Of a stretch of DNA of 64,000 bases, positions 29,740-48,198 are shown one piece after another. How positions within the stretch are numbered: the first letter of the stretch is position 1; each line of letters opens with the position of its first letter. The position numbers and the translations under genes are program-made. A model generated the notes under the pieces. That model ran no database searches, was not told where the DNA came from, and was given only the letters and a program-made list of their open reading frames with translations. This DNA is from Eledone cirrhosa (lineage: Eukaryota). The DNA is taken from contig OZ024741.1 in NCBI GenBank assembly GCA_964016885.1, positions 118,916,001-118,980,000 on the forward strand, written 5' to 3'.

Positions 29740-30318
29740 ACTTAATTCAACCTCCTGCCTTCCATCACTCATGAACACGCCCCTGAGACACTTGAACTCC
29801 TCCACCTGCTTCAGTGGAACTTCATTCACATGTTAGTGTGCATTGCGCAGGCTTCTCTGAGAAAACGAGTGTCTCAGTTTTCGCAACACTGATTTTCATT
29901 CCTGCCATGCAGCACTTGGTTTCAAACCTATGAAGTGCAAGTCGGAGATCATCTTCTGTCGAATTAAGTAACACCATGTCGTCTGCAAATTCCAGCTGAC
30001 TAATTTTATACCTGCCAGCCATGATACCACTTCCAATTCGGCTGTACATGTCAATCTCGTTCATGAAAATAATGAACAGGAGAAGTGACAGTACACACCT
30101 TTGGCGGAGTTCGACTCTCAAATTGAATGGTTTCGATTTAGCACCATTTATCCGAACACAAATACTCGGGCATTCGTATAGAGACAACAGAGCAGCAAGA
30201 ATCTGACCATCAATCCCATACTCCTGCAGAACTTTCCACAGCAGGTCCTAAGGAAAGCGATCATACGCCCTTTCGAGGTCTACAAAACAAGAATATACCT
30301 CTTGGCAATACTCCCATA
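29740..30318 (-). mobile_element. RTE-clade LINE reverse transcriptase fragment
   Basis: VRINGAKSKPF..LRQRCVLSLLLFIIFM..LEFADDMVLL..GMKISVAKTE..LKQVEEFKCL, with frameshifts. Confidence 0.9.
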
Positions 30319-30937
30319 TATGTATATATTTTTGTTTGGGGCTATTTTCTAACAAAAAATTCCGCTACTTTTATGTAAATGCTATGCTCATTTTGAAGTA
30401 ATTCAGTTGGCAACCCCCTCGAGTCATTTCTACAATCATATCCCTAGTTATATCTCTTTCGTTTGCAAAGAAATGTTTCGTAGCACGTATAAAATGATTA
30501 AGAAATAATCCACGACATTACATTCTCTTTACGCAGTAAAATAACAAGAAACTTATTTTTTTTTTTACGATTCCCATTAATGCCAAACTGAATAATAAAT
30601 ATTTCCTTCCATTGAAACGTAGCTTTCAGTTCTATAAACTAGATCTCCCAAGAATCGCTTTTTTTCATTTGTAGAATAACCATCCAGAGAATATAGATAT
30701 AGTCGTTTAGTACTATATATCTTGTAAGATTTATTGATGATAAATTTATATATATTACTACAATATATACACAATACAAAGGCGTTTTTACAAACTTGAC
30801 TCAGTCATGATATCAAATAAAAAGGAAACCACCATATTGTCTTATTGGTTTATGTAACATTTTATAGGTTGGTTTATCAGGAACTAAGTAGTTCTTCAGC
30901 TCATGAAATTTCATTTATTTTGCATTCCTTCTATTGC

Positions 30938-31450
<513 letters not shown>

Positions 31451-32277
31451 GTATGTTTTGTATTGTATGTATATAAAATGTTTTACGCTTTATCACTACA
31501 GCCTGATGAGCTGCAATGCGAAACTGAAGTCTGAAGCCATTGAAGTCTGAAGTCATCAAGTCTGAAGCCTTAGCTTTCTAGTAACTTCAGTATCCCCCCC
31601 CCCCCACACACACACATTGCCTAGTATTCAGTACTTTTCTCTCGGTTTTGTATTTCAGTATATTTATTCATTATCAGTAACTCCCAGGGCACTGAGATAG
31701 AGAAGCTATTAGCTTACATATAGATTTTGAAACTAAAACATTTGGGGAAGTGCTCATTTGCTTACAGCGCAGGCTTAACGGGTAAGTATTAATTAGCAGC
31801 TGCACTAACACAGCGTAATTCAGAATAGAGGCGTATATGGAATCATATACATCATGTTTGTGTATAACAGACATTCATAAATCTCACTGTGAATATTTTT
31901 AGCTGTGATCATGTCACATTATTATATGCTTCCATATAGGCCTCTATTGTGGTTCACATTGTGTTAGTACTACTGCTAATCATACTAGCCTGTCAAGTTC
32001 GTAGAATATATATACAAATGAGCATCTCCCAAAATACATTATTTGTAAAATCTCTATACATAAGCTATTAGCTTCTCTACCTTAGTACTGAGTGAGCGAA
32101 CGTCACGGATAATGGAAAAGGACCCTTGTATACTAGTATTTGTCGTTTTCCCAGCAAAACATATAGTTATTATATATAAACATATTGTAAATGCTTTCGA
32201 ATTACGCTGAGCTGGAGCTAATATTACAACTAAGACCGTCAATTGCCTTAACTTGAACGTAAATACAGCCAGATTTA

Positions 32278-32370
32278 TAGTAAAACCAACCATAGACCCA
32301 GTAAAATCAACCATAGACCCAGTAAAATCAACAATAGACCCAGTAAAATCAACAATAGACCCAGTAAACG
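32278..32370. repeat. 21-bp tandem repeat (about 4 copies)
   Basis: Unit CAGTAAAATCAAC(C/A)ATAGACC. Confidence 0.9.
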
Positions 32371-33115
32371 TAAAACACATATAATTGACCCTACACACAC
32401 CAGGTTAAGACTGGTCAAAAACTGGTTAAACCATGTACATCTGTCAAGCTATGTCCCCACTTCCCGCTAAACCAACCACCGACCCGCACCGGTTACCAGT
32501 AGGTGGACGACGGACGTCATCAGGCTGCAGCCATCGCTTTGCGCAGTTTCTATATAATAAAATATGTGTGTGCGACTGTGTGAATACACATTTACATGCT
32601 ACATATACATGTGTAGACACATACAAACATGCATATATAAATATCCATAGGGGGAGAGAGAGAGAGATATGCATTCCCCTTTCTCTTCTACAGACCACTT
32701 CCTCTTAGAGTGACGACTTGATGTCGAGTGGACGCACTTCATTTATCTCTCCCCCTCTCTCTCTCTCCCAACACAAACATTATACCAACGAAGATATTTA
32801 TTTCTCCGTTGTTACGAGCCACCTATCCTTTGCAGTCTTTTCAGTCAAATCGTTGAAACTGCAGGTGGTCTGAAAGCTGATGAGTGTAATTTAATGTTTG
32901 TGATCTCCACCTCATCCATTCTATTTCTTCCTTCCTATCTATTCTTCGAGCCAACTCACTTAGAGCCGCTGATTTCTGTCCTTCGAGGTAATACTATACC
33001 CAACGCCAATTTGGCGGCATTTTGGTGTTTTACCAGCTTCCTTACGCCGAGTTTTTCTATTTTCCTACGAATTCTAATACACTCACATTTGAGTTAATTT
33101 TGTTTATAAGAGAGT

Positions 33116-33193
<78 letters not shown>

Positions 33194-33240
33194 TATGTAT
33201 ATATGAATATATATATATATTTATATATATATATATATAC

Positions 33241-37221
<3,981 letters not shown>

Positions 37222-37223
<2 letters not shown>

Positions 37224-40200
37224 GGAAGATAGGTAAATATTGCTGATGAGTTGTAACAACAACGAAACTAGTTCAATGTTCCTTGTCTGGCTTTCTGGAG
37301 AATAGAGGAAAGGTGTTTCCTCAAAAACCAGTATGACTCTAAAAACCGGTTTGTCTGTGTGTTTACATACAGAATAGCTGGCCACTCACAGTAAAGTGAT
37401 CAGTGAAAAAAAAACTTGGTACATCTACATATGTATACGTGTGTGTATTCATATACATACTAGTATTTCAGTATACATATATGGATGTACATCTTTGACT
37501 TAATTGTTTGAGCGTCAGTCATACAAAAGTGAGTTACAAACGAAACGAAATTTAATTTCGTTTCGTTATTTGTTTTTATCGTCTCCGTTGAACCGGTACT
37601 TACTCACACTCTATGCAGGTTGGTCTGCCCACTACTAATTTTCATAGAAAAAGCATATAGCGATATGTGCTTTTACGATTCTCTAGAGAGGCCGGAAGAT
37701 AGGTAAATATTGCTGATGAGTTGTAACAACAACGAAACTAGTTCAATGTTCCTTGTCTGGCTTTCTGGAGAATAGAGGAAAGGTGTTTCCTCAAAAACCA
37801 GTATGACTCTAAAAACCGGTTTGTCTGTGTGTTTACATACAGAATAGCTGGCCACTCACAGTAAAGTGATCAGTGAAAAAAAAACTTGGTACATCTACAT
37901 ATGTATACGTGTGTGTATTCATATACATACTAGTATTTCAGTATACATATATGGATGTACATCTTTGACTTAATTGTTTGAGCGTCAGTCATACAAAAGT
38001 GAGTTACAAACGAAACGAAATTTAATTTCGTTTCGTTATTTGTTTTTATCGTCTCCGTTGAACCGGTACTTACTCACACTCTATGCAGGTTGGTCTGCCC
38101 ACTACTAATTTTCATAGAAAAAGCATATAGCGATATGTGCTTTTACGATTCTCTAGAGAGGCCGGAAGATAGGTAAATATTGCTGATGAGTTGTAACAAC
38201 AACGAAACTAGTTCAATGTTCCTTGTCTGGCTTTCTGGAGAATAGAGGAAAGGTGTTTCCTCAAAAACCAGTATGACTCTAAAAACCGGTTTGTCTGTGT
38301 GTTTACATACAGAATAGCTGGCCACTCACAGTAAAGTGATCAGTGAAAAAAAAACTTGGTACATCTACATATGTATACGTGTGTGTATTCATATACATAC
38401 TAGTATTTCAGTATACATATATGGATGTACATCTTTGACTTAATTGTTTGAGCGTCAGTCATACAAAAGTGAGTTACAAACGAAACGAAATTTAATTTCG
38501 TTTCGTTATTTGTTTTTATCGTCTCCGTTGAACCGGTACTTACTCACACTCTATGCAGGTTGGTCTGCCCACTACTAATTTTCATAGAAAAAGCATATAG
38601 CGATATGTGCTTTTACGATTCTCTAGAGAGGCCGGAAGATAGGTAAATATTGCTGATGAGTTGTAACAACAACGAAACTAGTTCAATGTTCCTTGTCTGG
38701 CTTTCTGGAGAATAGAGGAAAGGTGTTTCCTCAAAAACCAGTATGACTCTAAAAACCGGTTTGTCTGTGTGTTTACATACAGAATAGCTGGCCACTCACA
38801 GTAAAGTGATCAGTGAAAAAAAAACTTGGTACATCTACATATGTATACGTGTGTGTATTCATATACATACTAGTATTTCAGTATACATATATGGATGTAC
38901 ATCTTTGACTTAATTGTTTGAGCGTCAGTCATACAAAAGTGAGTTACAAACGAAACGAAATTTAATTTCGTTTCGTTATTTGTTTTTATCGTCTCCGTTG
39001 AACCGGTACTTACTCACACTCTATGCAGGTTGGTCTGCCCACTACTAATTTTCATAGAAAAAGCATATAGCGATATGTGCTTTTACGATTCTCTAGAGAG
39101 GCCGGAAGATAGGTAAATATTGCTGATGAGTTGTAACAACAACGAAACTAGTTCAATGTTCCTTGTCTGGCTTTCTGGAGAATAGAGGAAAGGTGTTTCC
39201 TCAAAAACCAGTATGACTCTAAAAACCGGTTTGTCTGTGTGTTTACATACAGAATAGCTGGCCACTCACAGTAAAGTGATCAGTGAAAAAAAAAACTTGG
39301 TACATCTACATATGTATACGTGTGTGTATTCATATACATACTAGTATTTCAGTATACATATATGGATGTACATCTTTGACTTAATTGTTTGAGCGTCAGT
39401 CATACAAAAGTGAGTTACAAACGAAACGAAATTTAATTTCGTTTCGTTATTTGTTTTTATCGTCTCCGTTGAACCGGTACTTACTCACACTCTATGCAGG
39501 TTGGTCTGCCCACTACTAATTTTCATAGAAAAAGCATATAGCGATATGTGCTTTTACGATTCTCTAGAGAGGCCGGAAGATAGGTAAATATTGCTGATGA
39601 GTTGTAACAACAACGAAACTAGTTCAATGTTCCTTGTCTGGCTTTCTGGAGAATAGAGGAAAGGTGTTTCCTCAAAAACCAGTATGACTCTAAAAACCGG
39701 TTTGTCTGTGTGTTTACATACAGAATAGCTGGCCACTCACAGTAAAGTGATCAGTGAAAAAAAAACTTGGTACATCTACATATGTATACGTGTGTGTATT
39801 CATATACATACTAGTATTTCAGTATACATATATGGATGTACATCTTTGACTTAATTGTTTGAGCGTCAGTCATACAAAAGTGAGTTACAAACGAAACGAA
39901 ATTTAATTTCGTTTCGTTATTTGTTTTTATCGTCTCCGTTGAACCGGTACTTACTCACACTCTATGCAGGTTGGTCTGCCCACTACTAATTTTCATAGAA
40001 AAAGCATATAGCGATATGTGCTTTTACGATTCTCTAGAGAGGCCGGAAGATAGGTAAATATTGCTGATGAGTTGTAACAACAACGAAACTAGTTCAATGT
40101 TCCTTGTCTGGCTTTCTGGAGAATAGAGGAAAGGTGTTTCCTCAAAAACCAGTATGACTCTAAAAACCGGTTTGTCTGTGTGTTTACATACAGAATAGCT

Positions 40201-40789
40201 GGCCACTCACAGTAAAGTGATCAGTGAAAAAAAAACTTGGTACATCTACATATGTATACGTGTGTGTATTCATATACATACTAGTATTTCAGTATACATA
40301 TATGGATGTACATCTTTGACTTAATTGTTTGAGCGTCAGTCATACAAAAGTGAGTTACAAACGAAACGAAATTTAATTTCGTTTCGTTATTTGTTTTTAT
40401 CGTCTCCGTTGAACCGGTACTTACTCACACTCTATGCAGGTTGGTCTGCCCACTACTAATTTTCATAGAAAAAGCATATAGCGATATGTGCTTTTACGAT
40501 TCTCTAGAGAGGCCGGAAGATAGGTAAATATTGCTGATGAGTTGTAACAACAACGAAACTAGTTCAATGTTCCTTGTCTGGCTTTCTGGAGAATAGAGGA
40601 AAGGTGTTTCCTCAAAAACCAGTATGACTCTAAAAACCGGTTTGTCTGTGTGTTTACATACAGAATAGCTGGCCACTCACAGTAAAGTGATCAGTGAAAA
40701 AAAACTTGGTACATCTACATATGTATACGTGTGTGTATTCATATACATACTAGTATTTCAGTATACATATATGGATGTACATCTTTGAC

Positions 40790-40795
<6 letters not shown>
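37222..40795 (+). mobile_element. Retrozyme-like array, right arm: ~7.6 x 470-bp units, HHR-sense on the plus strand
   Basis: Reverse complement of the left-arm unit. HHRs start at ~37236, 37706, 38176, 38646, 39116, 39587, 40057 and 40527. The arm abuts (TA)n on the right. Confidence 0.9.
37236..37280 (+). ncRNA. Type I minimal hammerhead ribozyme (representative of 16 copies)
   Basis: AAUAUUG - CUGAUGA - GUUGU aaca ACAAC - GAAA - C UA G - UU - CAAUGUU. Stem I is 7 bp, stem II is 5 bp and stem III is the palindrome ACUAGU. Cleavage is predicted after GUU (37273). Confidence 0.92.
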
Positions 40796-40872
<77 letters not shown>

Positions 40873-40873
<1 letters not shown>

Positions 40874-42167
40874 GGGGTAACAAATTATTGTTATATGTAA
40901 TCCACTTAGGTGTAGTCCAGTTATGGTACTCCGGGTAGTGGATGATATCAACGCTTGGCTAAGTTTGACTCAACAAGTTGTTTCCATAGTCATGCTGCGA
41001 GTACGCTGTAATTCCTATGTTGTAAACACTTTGAGTAATAATAAATCAGGAAAGAAGAGTGACACGGTTTGCTATACAAAAAGGTTTTAAATCTCATTGC
41101 TGACAATTGTTTCTCTGAACTGGTAGGTCTAGAGATCGCTATCCGCTTATTTTCACGTTACTCGATCGCCAATACAAAGTTATAACCAGTCAGTTCATCG
41201 GAGCTTGCGAGAATGAAAAGAATATACAGGCATGAAAAGAATATACAGGCTACTATATGTAGTAGTAATGGCATTCAGTCAGAACAATAACAACAATATC
41301 AACAATGCTAGCAATAAATTATTTGAAATAATCACAACATCAATCTAGGTGGGAAGTATAGTATATCTACGATTTTAGCGTGTAAAACTAGCTGACATGA
41401 GGCAGATGTATAAAATTGACATGTAAAAACTGTCGTAGGGTGTATTATATATAGTGTAAAGATAAGCTGGTGTTTTTAAACAATGTAGGTCAGGTGGCCG
41501 TAATAGTCGGTTTTTATCTGACCGATGAAGGATTTATCACTGTAGTGGAATTTGTGTGGTCTATATTAGATGAGAGGGCTGTCTAGCTTACTCATCATCA
41601 ATAACATACATGTATAAGACAACATTAACAAAGAGGCTAAATAATGGGCAAGTTAATACAGAGGTTAAGGAGGCAATATATATATATATATCGGTCAGAT
41701 AAAAACCGACTATTACGGCCACCTGACCTACATTGTTTAAAGACACCAGCTTATCTTTACACTAGATATAATACACCCTACGACAGTTTTCACATGTCAA
41801 TTTTATACATCTGCCTCATGTCAGCTAGCTTTACACGCTAAAATCGTAGATATACTATACTTCCCACCTAGATTGATGTGATTATTTCAAATAATTTATT
41901 GCTAGCATTGTTGATATTGTTGTTATTGTTCTGACTGAATGCCATTACTACTACATATAGTAGCCTGTATATTCTTTTCATGCCTGTATATTCTTTTCAT
42001 TCTCGCAAGCTCCGATGAACTGACTGGTTATAACTTTGTATTGGCGATCGAGTAACGTGAAAATAAGCGGATAGCGATCTCTAGACCTACCAGTTCAGAG
42101 AAACAATTGTCAGCAATGAGATTAAAAACCTTTTTTGTATAGCAAACCATGTCACTCTTCTTTCCTG

Positions 42168-42172
<5 letters not shown>
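40873..42172. mobile_element. Head-to-head inverted pair (~485-bp arms) of an HHR-bearing element in (TA)n
   Basis: 41041-41526 is the near-exact reverse complement of 41690-42172. Confidence 0.9.
42001..42121 (+). ncRNA. Type I hammerhead ribozyme with CCGAUGA core and ~80-nt stem II (mirror copy 41092-41212 minus)
   Basis: UCUC..GCU - CCGAUGA - aCUGA CUGGU...ACCAG u UCAGa - GAAA - C AAUU G - UC - AGC..GAGA. Confidence 0.72.
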
Positions 42173-42217
<45 letters not shown>

Positions 42218-42226
42218 GTGTGTATG

Positions 42227-42281
<55 letters not shown>

Positions 42282-42303
42282 GTATATATATATATAAATA
42301 TAT

Positions 42304-42401
<98 letters not shown>

Positions 42402-42755
42402 TCGTATATAACATTTATTCTATTTCCCTCTTTTAGTTTAAACATTATTCCGAATTCATTTACGTTTTATATGCCATTTCGATTATTGTCTCTTCTCAAT
42501 TTCAACATTTTCAACATAATATCACAACAACAACAACAACAACAACAGTAAGAGCAACACACACTTCATAATTACGTCTTTGAAGCAAGCAAAACACAAA
42601 ACAAAAAATAAACAAAAAAACAAACATATATTCGATTCAAAAATATCTTCAAATATATAGATACACACACACAAAATGTATAAGCACTTTGATTACCTGG
42701 ACAGGAAATATTTATTAGAATGCTGTTGAGGTGTGTATACATTTTTTGGAACACC

Positions 42756-42816
<61 letters not shown>

Positions 42817-42819
<3 letters not shown>

Positions 42820-43480
42820 TGGCTGCCAACTCGTTTTCGAGTACGGCCACTACTTTATATCCATGTAGGAGAACCCTTACCGATTCGCTGAAAGAGTGTG
42901 ACTTTTTAGTCCAGCCAGCGACTTGAAAACTCTGGTACAAACACTACACTTGTGACAATTATTGACACATAGTGCTGGGCCCATGGTACCATGTGACGAC
43001 AAATGCAGAGAGATCTCCTGATATAAAGCAATGCCTGTACCGTGAAGCTTTTATAGTGAGCAAAGGGACTGCACAAAGCCAGTCCCACTCTCTTAAACAA
43101 GATGATATTTACCAAAAAAGAAGAACAAGTCAACATCATTGGATACGATCAGGGTTGCAGGTGTTATATCAGAGTTTTCCTTCTCCTAGAATTCTGCCTT
43201 GACAAAGGCTAAGGGGTCACCTCTCCCGGTGATTTTGGATGGTCATTGACTCTTGAGAATTCCTTTGCCCTTTGACAGGTTTTGTTTTTAGTCCTGCAGG
43301 ATGTCCAAAGTCACCCTCCTCACCAAGAAACCTTGGTGGGGTTGCCAGTTTAGTCACCAACGACCCGACCATGAGACAGGTTGTACTGGGATACATGTTA
43401 CCAGTAGCACCAACTGGTGACCTGACCCTACCCCCCACTCTCCTGAGCGTGAATTTAATAAACATTTATTGTACTGCCTC
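42817..43480 (-). mobile_element. RTE-type LINE 5' UTR and start of the APE domain
   Basis: Minus-strand motifs GGCAACCCCAC and CTAGGAGAAGGAAAACTCTG, which I recall from RTE 5' UTRs, then VRVLLHGYKVVAVLENELA (NVRTL...RELAR-like). Confidence 0.55.
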
Positions 43481-43526
43481 TCTGTTCTGTCCCTGTTCAA
43501 TTTTTCATTATATATATATATATATA

Positions 43527-43554
43527 CAGGGTGTTCCAAAAAATGTATACACAC

Positions 43555-43604
<50 letters not shown>

Positions 43605-43632
43605 GTGTGTATACATTTTTTGGAACACCCTG
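43527..43632. mobile_element. Tc1/mariner-type MITE: 32-bp perfect TIRs around a pure (TA)n core
   Basis: TA-CAGGGTGTTCCAAAAAATGTATACACACCTCA-(TA)n-TGAGG...CCCTG-TA. An identical solo TIR lies at 42727-42758. Confidence 0.85.
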
Positions 43633-43667
43633 TATATATATATATATAAAACGCTCCAGACCAGATT

Positions 43668-43801
<134 letters not shown>

Positions 43802-43899
43802 CTATTCCATTGGTTTAATTTCACAATGTTATTGTTATTGATATTACAGCGTTGATATTGCTATTGACATTGTAATTGTTACTATAATTAATATTGTTT

Positions 43900-45097
43900 C
43901 TACCAGTAATTTGGGGGGAAGGGAAAACCGATTAAACCGACCCCAGTGCATTACTGGTGCTTTATTTATCGACTCCGTAAGGATGAAAGGCAAAGCTAAC
44001 CTCGGCGGGATTTGAACTCAGAACGTAAAGGGTAGTAACTCTATGCCACGAAGCATGTTGCCCGACGCTCTACTGACTCTGCCAATGCCCCCCTCCCCTG
44101 TAATTTAATAATAGTTTCTGAACTCAGAACGTAGAAAAGAAGAAGAAGAAGAAGAAGAAGGAGGAGGAGGAGGAGGAGGAGGAGGATGGGGAAGAGGAGG
44201 AAGTGGAGGAAGTTGTCCGACGCTCTATTGATACTGCCAATCCACTGCCGTTTTACTACTATTAATGGTGAATTGGCAGTATCGGTAGAGGGTTGGACGC
44301 CATGTTTTCTAGCATAGTTACGTCCCTTTACAGTCTGAGTTCAAATCCTGCCGAGGTTAACTTTGCCTTTCATCCTTACGGGGTCGATAAAAAAATAAAG
44401 TACCAGTAATGTACTGGGTAATTTGCTGGCCTTGTGCCTAAAGTAGAAACAATTAATATTATTAAGATTATTTGAGCAGTAGACTGGCAAAGGCGCCAGA
44501 GGTGTTGGACAAATGCTTACCTGTATTAGTTTCGTCTCTACATTCTAACTTTGCCTTTTGTTCTTCCTAGTTAAATAAAATAACGTACCCGTGTAGTGCT
44601 GAGGTCGATATAATCGACTTTCCCCTACCCACATATAGTTGGCCTAGTGCCTAAATTATAAACCCTTCTTATGGTGGATTGGCAGTATTGGTAGAGCGTC
44701 GGACAACATGTTTTGTAACATATAGTTACGTCATTTTACGTTTTGAGTTCCAAACCCACCGAGGTTAACTTTGCCTTTCATCCTTACGAAGTCGATAATA
44801 TAAAGTACCAGTAATGCACTGGATAATTGCTGGCCTTGTGCCAAAAAGTAGAAACAATTATATGTTATTAACAATAGTTATAAGCCCGCCGAGTAAAGTA
44901 CCAGTAATACACTGGGATAATTGCTGGCCTTGTGCCAGAAGTAGAAACAATTATATGTTATTAACAAGGGCGGTGGATTGGCAGTCTGAGTTCAAATCCC
45001 TCTGAGGTTAACTTTGCCTTTCATCCTTACGGGGTCGATAAAATAAAGTACCAGTAATACAGTGGGATAATTGCTGGTCTTGTGCCAAAAGTAGAAA
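43900..45097. mobile_element. SINE cluster (one minus copy, several plus copies and tail duplications)
   Basis: Cores at ~43905-44090(-), 44265-44452, 44475-44665, 44672-44860 and 44968-45097(+). Confidence 0.9.
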
Positions 45098-45330
45098 ATA
45101 ATAATTAGTATTGATTAGTTTGAATAAAATTCATGCGACAGGCAGCTAGAAGAAATTAGAGGCTGTAAAACTGTCAGATCAGACCAAATGTATTTTGTGC
45201 ATGATTGGAAAGTATGATCACCGTGTTGAATTACTGAACATTCAGATCGATACCAAACTATAACAACAAATATAAATATAAATGAAAAAATAAACATAAA
45301 ATAACAACAGAAACACTTGGGAGTTTCCTA

Positions 45331-45347
45331 CAGTAGTAGTGGTTGTG

Positions 45348-45412
<65 letters not shown>

Positions 45413-45450
45413 GGTAGTAGTAGTAGTAGTAGTAGTAGTGGAAGTAGTAC

Positions 45451-45496
<46 letters not shown>

Positions 45497-45497
45497 G

Positions 45498-45534
<37 letters not shown>

Positions 45535-45578
45535 AAGTAGTACTACTAGTAGTAGTAGTAGTTGTAGTAGTAGTAGTT

Positions 45579-45636
<58 letters not shown>

Positions 45637-45637
45637 C
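45331..45637. repeat. (AGT)n microsatellite
   Basis: Seen directly. Confidence 0.97.
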
Positions 45638-45654
45638 AACAGCAGCAGATAGTA

Positions 45655-48198
45655 AAAGGCTGCACAAACAACAGCAAGTCCATACTGTACAAAGGGGCGA
45701 TCCATGCTAGCGCCCGATCGTAGGCTGCAGCTTTCATTCAAGAGTATGCCGCAGTTAGCGGAAGAAAGCCAGATAAAAACAATAGGAAAGATGTACGGGG
45801 GTTACGACTCAACATCCAGGGTGTTCGAAACTCACCAAGACAAGATTGAAACAGCTTTCACTATCGACGAACTACAGAAAGCATTGAACCAATTAAAAAG
45901 CCGAGAAAGCGGCTGGTCCCGACCAGATAGCACCAGATCTCCTAAAACACCTACCACCAACGGCCTTAAAACCATTGTATGACCTACTAAATTTCAGCTG
46001 GTTGGAGAATTGGTGCCCACAAGATTGACGAATGGCGACTATCGTTCCCTTTCATAAAAAAGGGAAAGATCCGGCGGACGTGGGGAGTTATCGACCAATT
46101 GCGCTAACCTCAATGATAGGGAAGCTCTTAGAGCGTTTGATTGCTAACCGGTTAACTTGGTGGCTACAGGAACACTCCATTCTTAGTCCCTGGCAAGCTG
46201 GTTTCAGAAAGGGCCGCAGCACCACCGATCAGTGCCTCCGATTGTCCCAGTTCATTTCAGATGGGTTCCAGTCGTTGGATCGAAACCGCATCGTTGCTAC
46301 ATTCTTCGACTTTAGCCGTGCGTATGATCGTGTGTGGAGAAAAAGACTGCTGCAAGATATGATGAGGCTTGGCGTTCCCCTGCGTTTCGTCGAGTGGTTA
46401 TCCGCCTGGTTTACAAACCGTATAGCAAGAGTCCGAATTAATGGGACCACTGGTTGCAGTCGCGTGTTTAAAGAAGGGCTACCGCAAGGTTCCGTCTTGT
46501 CACCAATGTTTTTCACAATCTTCATAAATGGTCTACTCGATCAATTCGACAACACAACACATGTCAGCGCATACGCCGCATAAGAAAAGGGAGGAAATAG
46601 CGCAACGGTTACAAAATCAAATGGATAAAGTGATAGCATGGAGTAAAGTTAAACTCCCACTTAACACATCAAAATGCGAGTCAACCTTCTTTGGAACATC
46701 CAGTGCAGAAGCGAGGTGGCAAGCAAATATTACTATTGACGGGGTAAGACTATCCTTTAATCCTAATCCCGTCTTTTTGGGCGCCACATATGATAGGACA
46801 CTCTCCTGTGGGGAACATGTAAAAAAGATCTGCCAAAAACTTCAACAGCGCGTCAACATCCTCGCACCCTTGGGGGTACCTCCTGGGGCTGGCATACCGC
46901 AGATCTTCGTCAATATACAGCGCAGTGCACCGCAGCCTGGCCGAGTACGGCTCCCCAGGCTGGGCTCCCTGGTTGTCAGCCACTAACATCGGCAAGCTTG
47001 AATGAGCACAACTAGAAGCAGCTCGAGCGATCACTGGACATGTACGCACAATACCAACTCAGGCTGTCCTACTTGAAGCACACTTTCCACCGTTAGAATG
47101 CCGCTTCCATGCTCTCTCCCTCTTGAAAGTAGATGAATGGACACACCTCCCCACCTCCGATCATCGAAACCAAGTACTCAATGCTAACGTAAGGCGCCGA
47201 CTCCGCCGTCTTGATTGGCGATGTAGACAGCTGCCAGCCCTTGATCGTCTTGGCATACCCTCAACAACAGACACCCAACTACCACATAAGAAGCCGCCGT
47301 GGGAATTACCACCACCAATCCCTGCTTCCTTTACCCCGGTGAGCAAGTCAATGCCAGTAGCACTACAACTTAAAGCAGCACTGGATCATCTATCGACACT
47401 CCCCCGGCCGACATTTGCGTGTGTACAGATGGATCAACATGCGACGGTACAACCAATTGCGGTGCCGGTCTCGTAACCATCCAAAATGAAGAGGTAGCTC
47501 ACGTGTGGCACGCTCCCACGGGCGCTCGTAGCAGTCCCTTTCATTCCGAAAGAATTGCATTCAAACAAGTCCTCCTATGGTTGCAGGCAGACACCAGCTG
47601 GGAGTCCTCCAATGTCATCTGTGACTGCAAGTCGCTGGTTCAAGCAGTCAACAACCCCTTCCCCCATGACCCTCTCATTACCGAGCTGCAAGGGATCGCT
47701 AACAAAATCACAAAGGGGAGAACCTTAGCAGCTGTCTGGGTCCCGGGGCACTGCAACATCAAAGGGATCTACTCAACTGGAAAGTTCAATCGATGCCGCC
47801 ACCCGACGCGCCGTCATTCGCCGGGAATTTCGCCCACCACCGATCCAGCATCAACGTCTTCAATCAGTCTTTAGCCGCCACCCAAATGAAGAGAATGAGC
47901 AAACTCTCTCCAAAGCAGATAGGAACCATCTCGTCCGCTTCCGCAGTGGACATCACACCTCATTAAGGCGATGGCTCCATATGATCTGCCAAGCGGAAAT
48001 CAACATATGCCGTCTGTGCGGAGAGGAAGAAGAATCTTCCGAACATCTTTGGATGAGATGTCCGGCCTTGGTGGTGGATTGCTATCACCACCAACTCAGC
48101 TCCAGCATGGATGAACTCGTGCGTCTCCTTCACGCCAGTCTAGCGTTACTGAGGGTAATCCTCAGGCGCCTGCGGTAAGAAAAAACAAAAACAAAAAC
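45655..48198 (+). mobile_element. 5'-truncated I-group (Ingi-like) non-LTR retrotransposon: RT, RNase H and CCHC finger, disrupted
   Basis: RT SYRPIALTS..QAGFRKGRSTTDQ..DFSRAYDRV..GLPQGSVLSP; RNase H TDGS..CDCKS..WVPGH; C-terminal CRLC..EHLWMRC. It has an A/C-rich tail and stops/frameshifts, and AGT/AGC repeats flank both sides. Confidence 0.92.
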
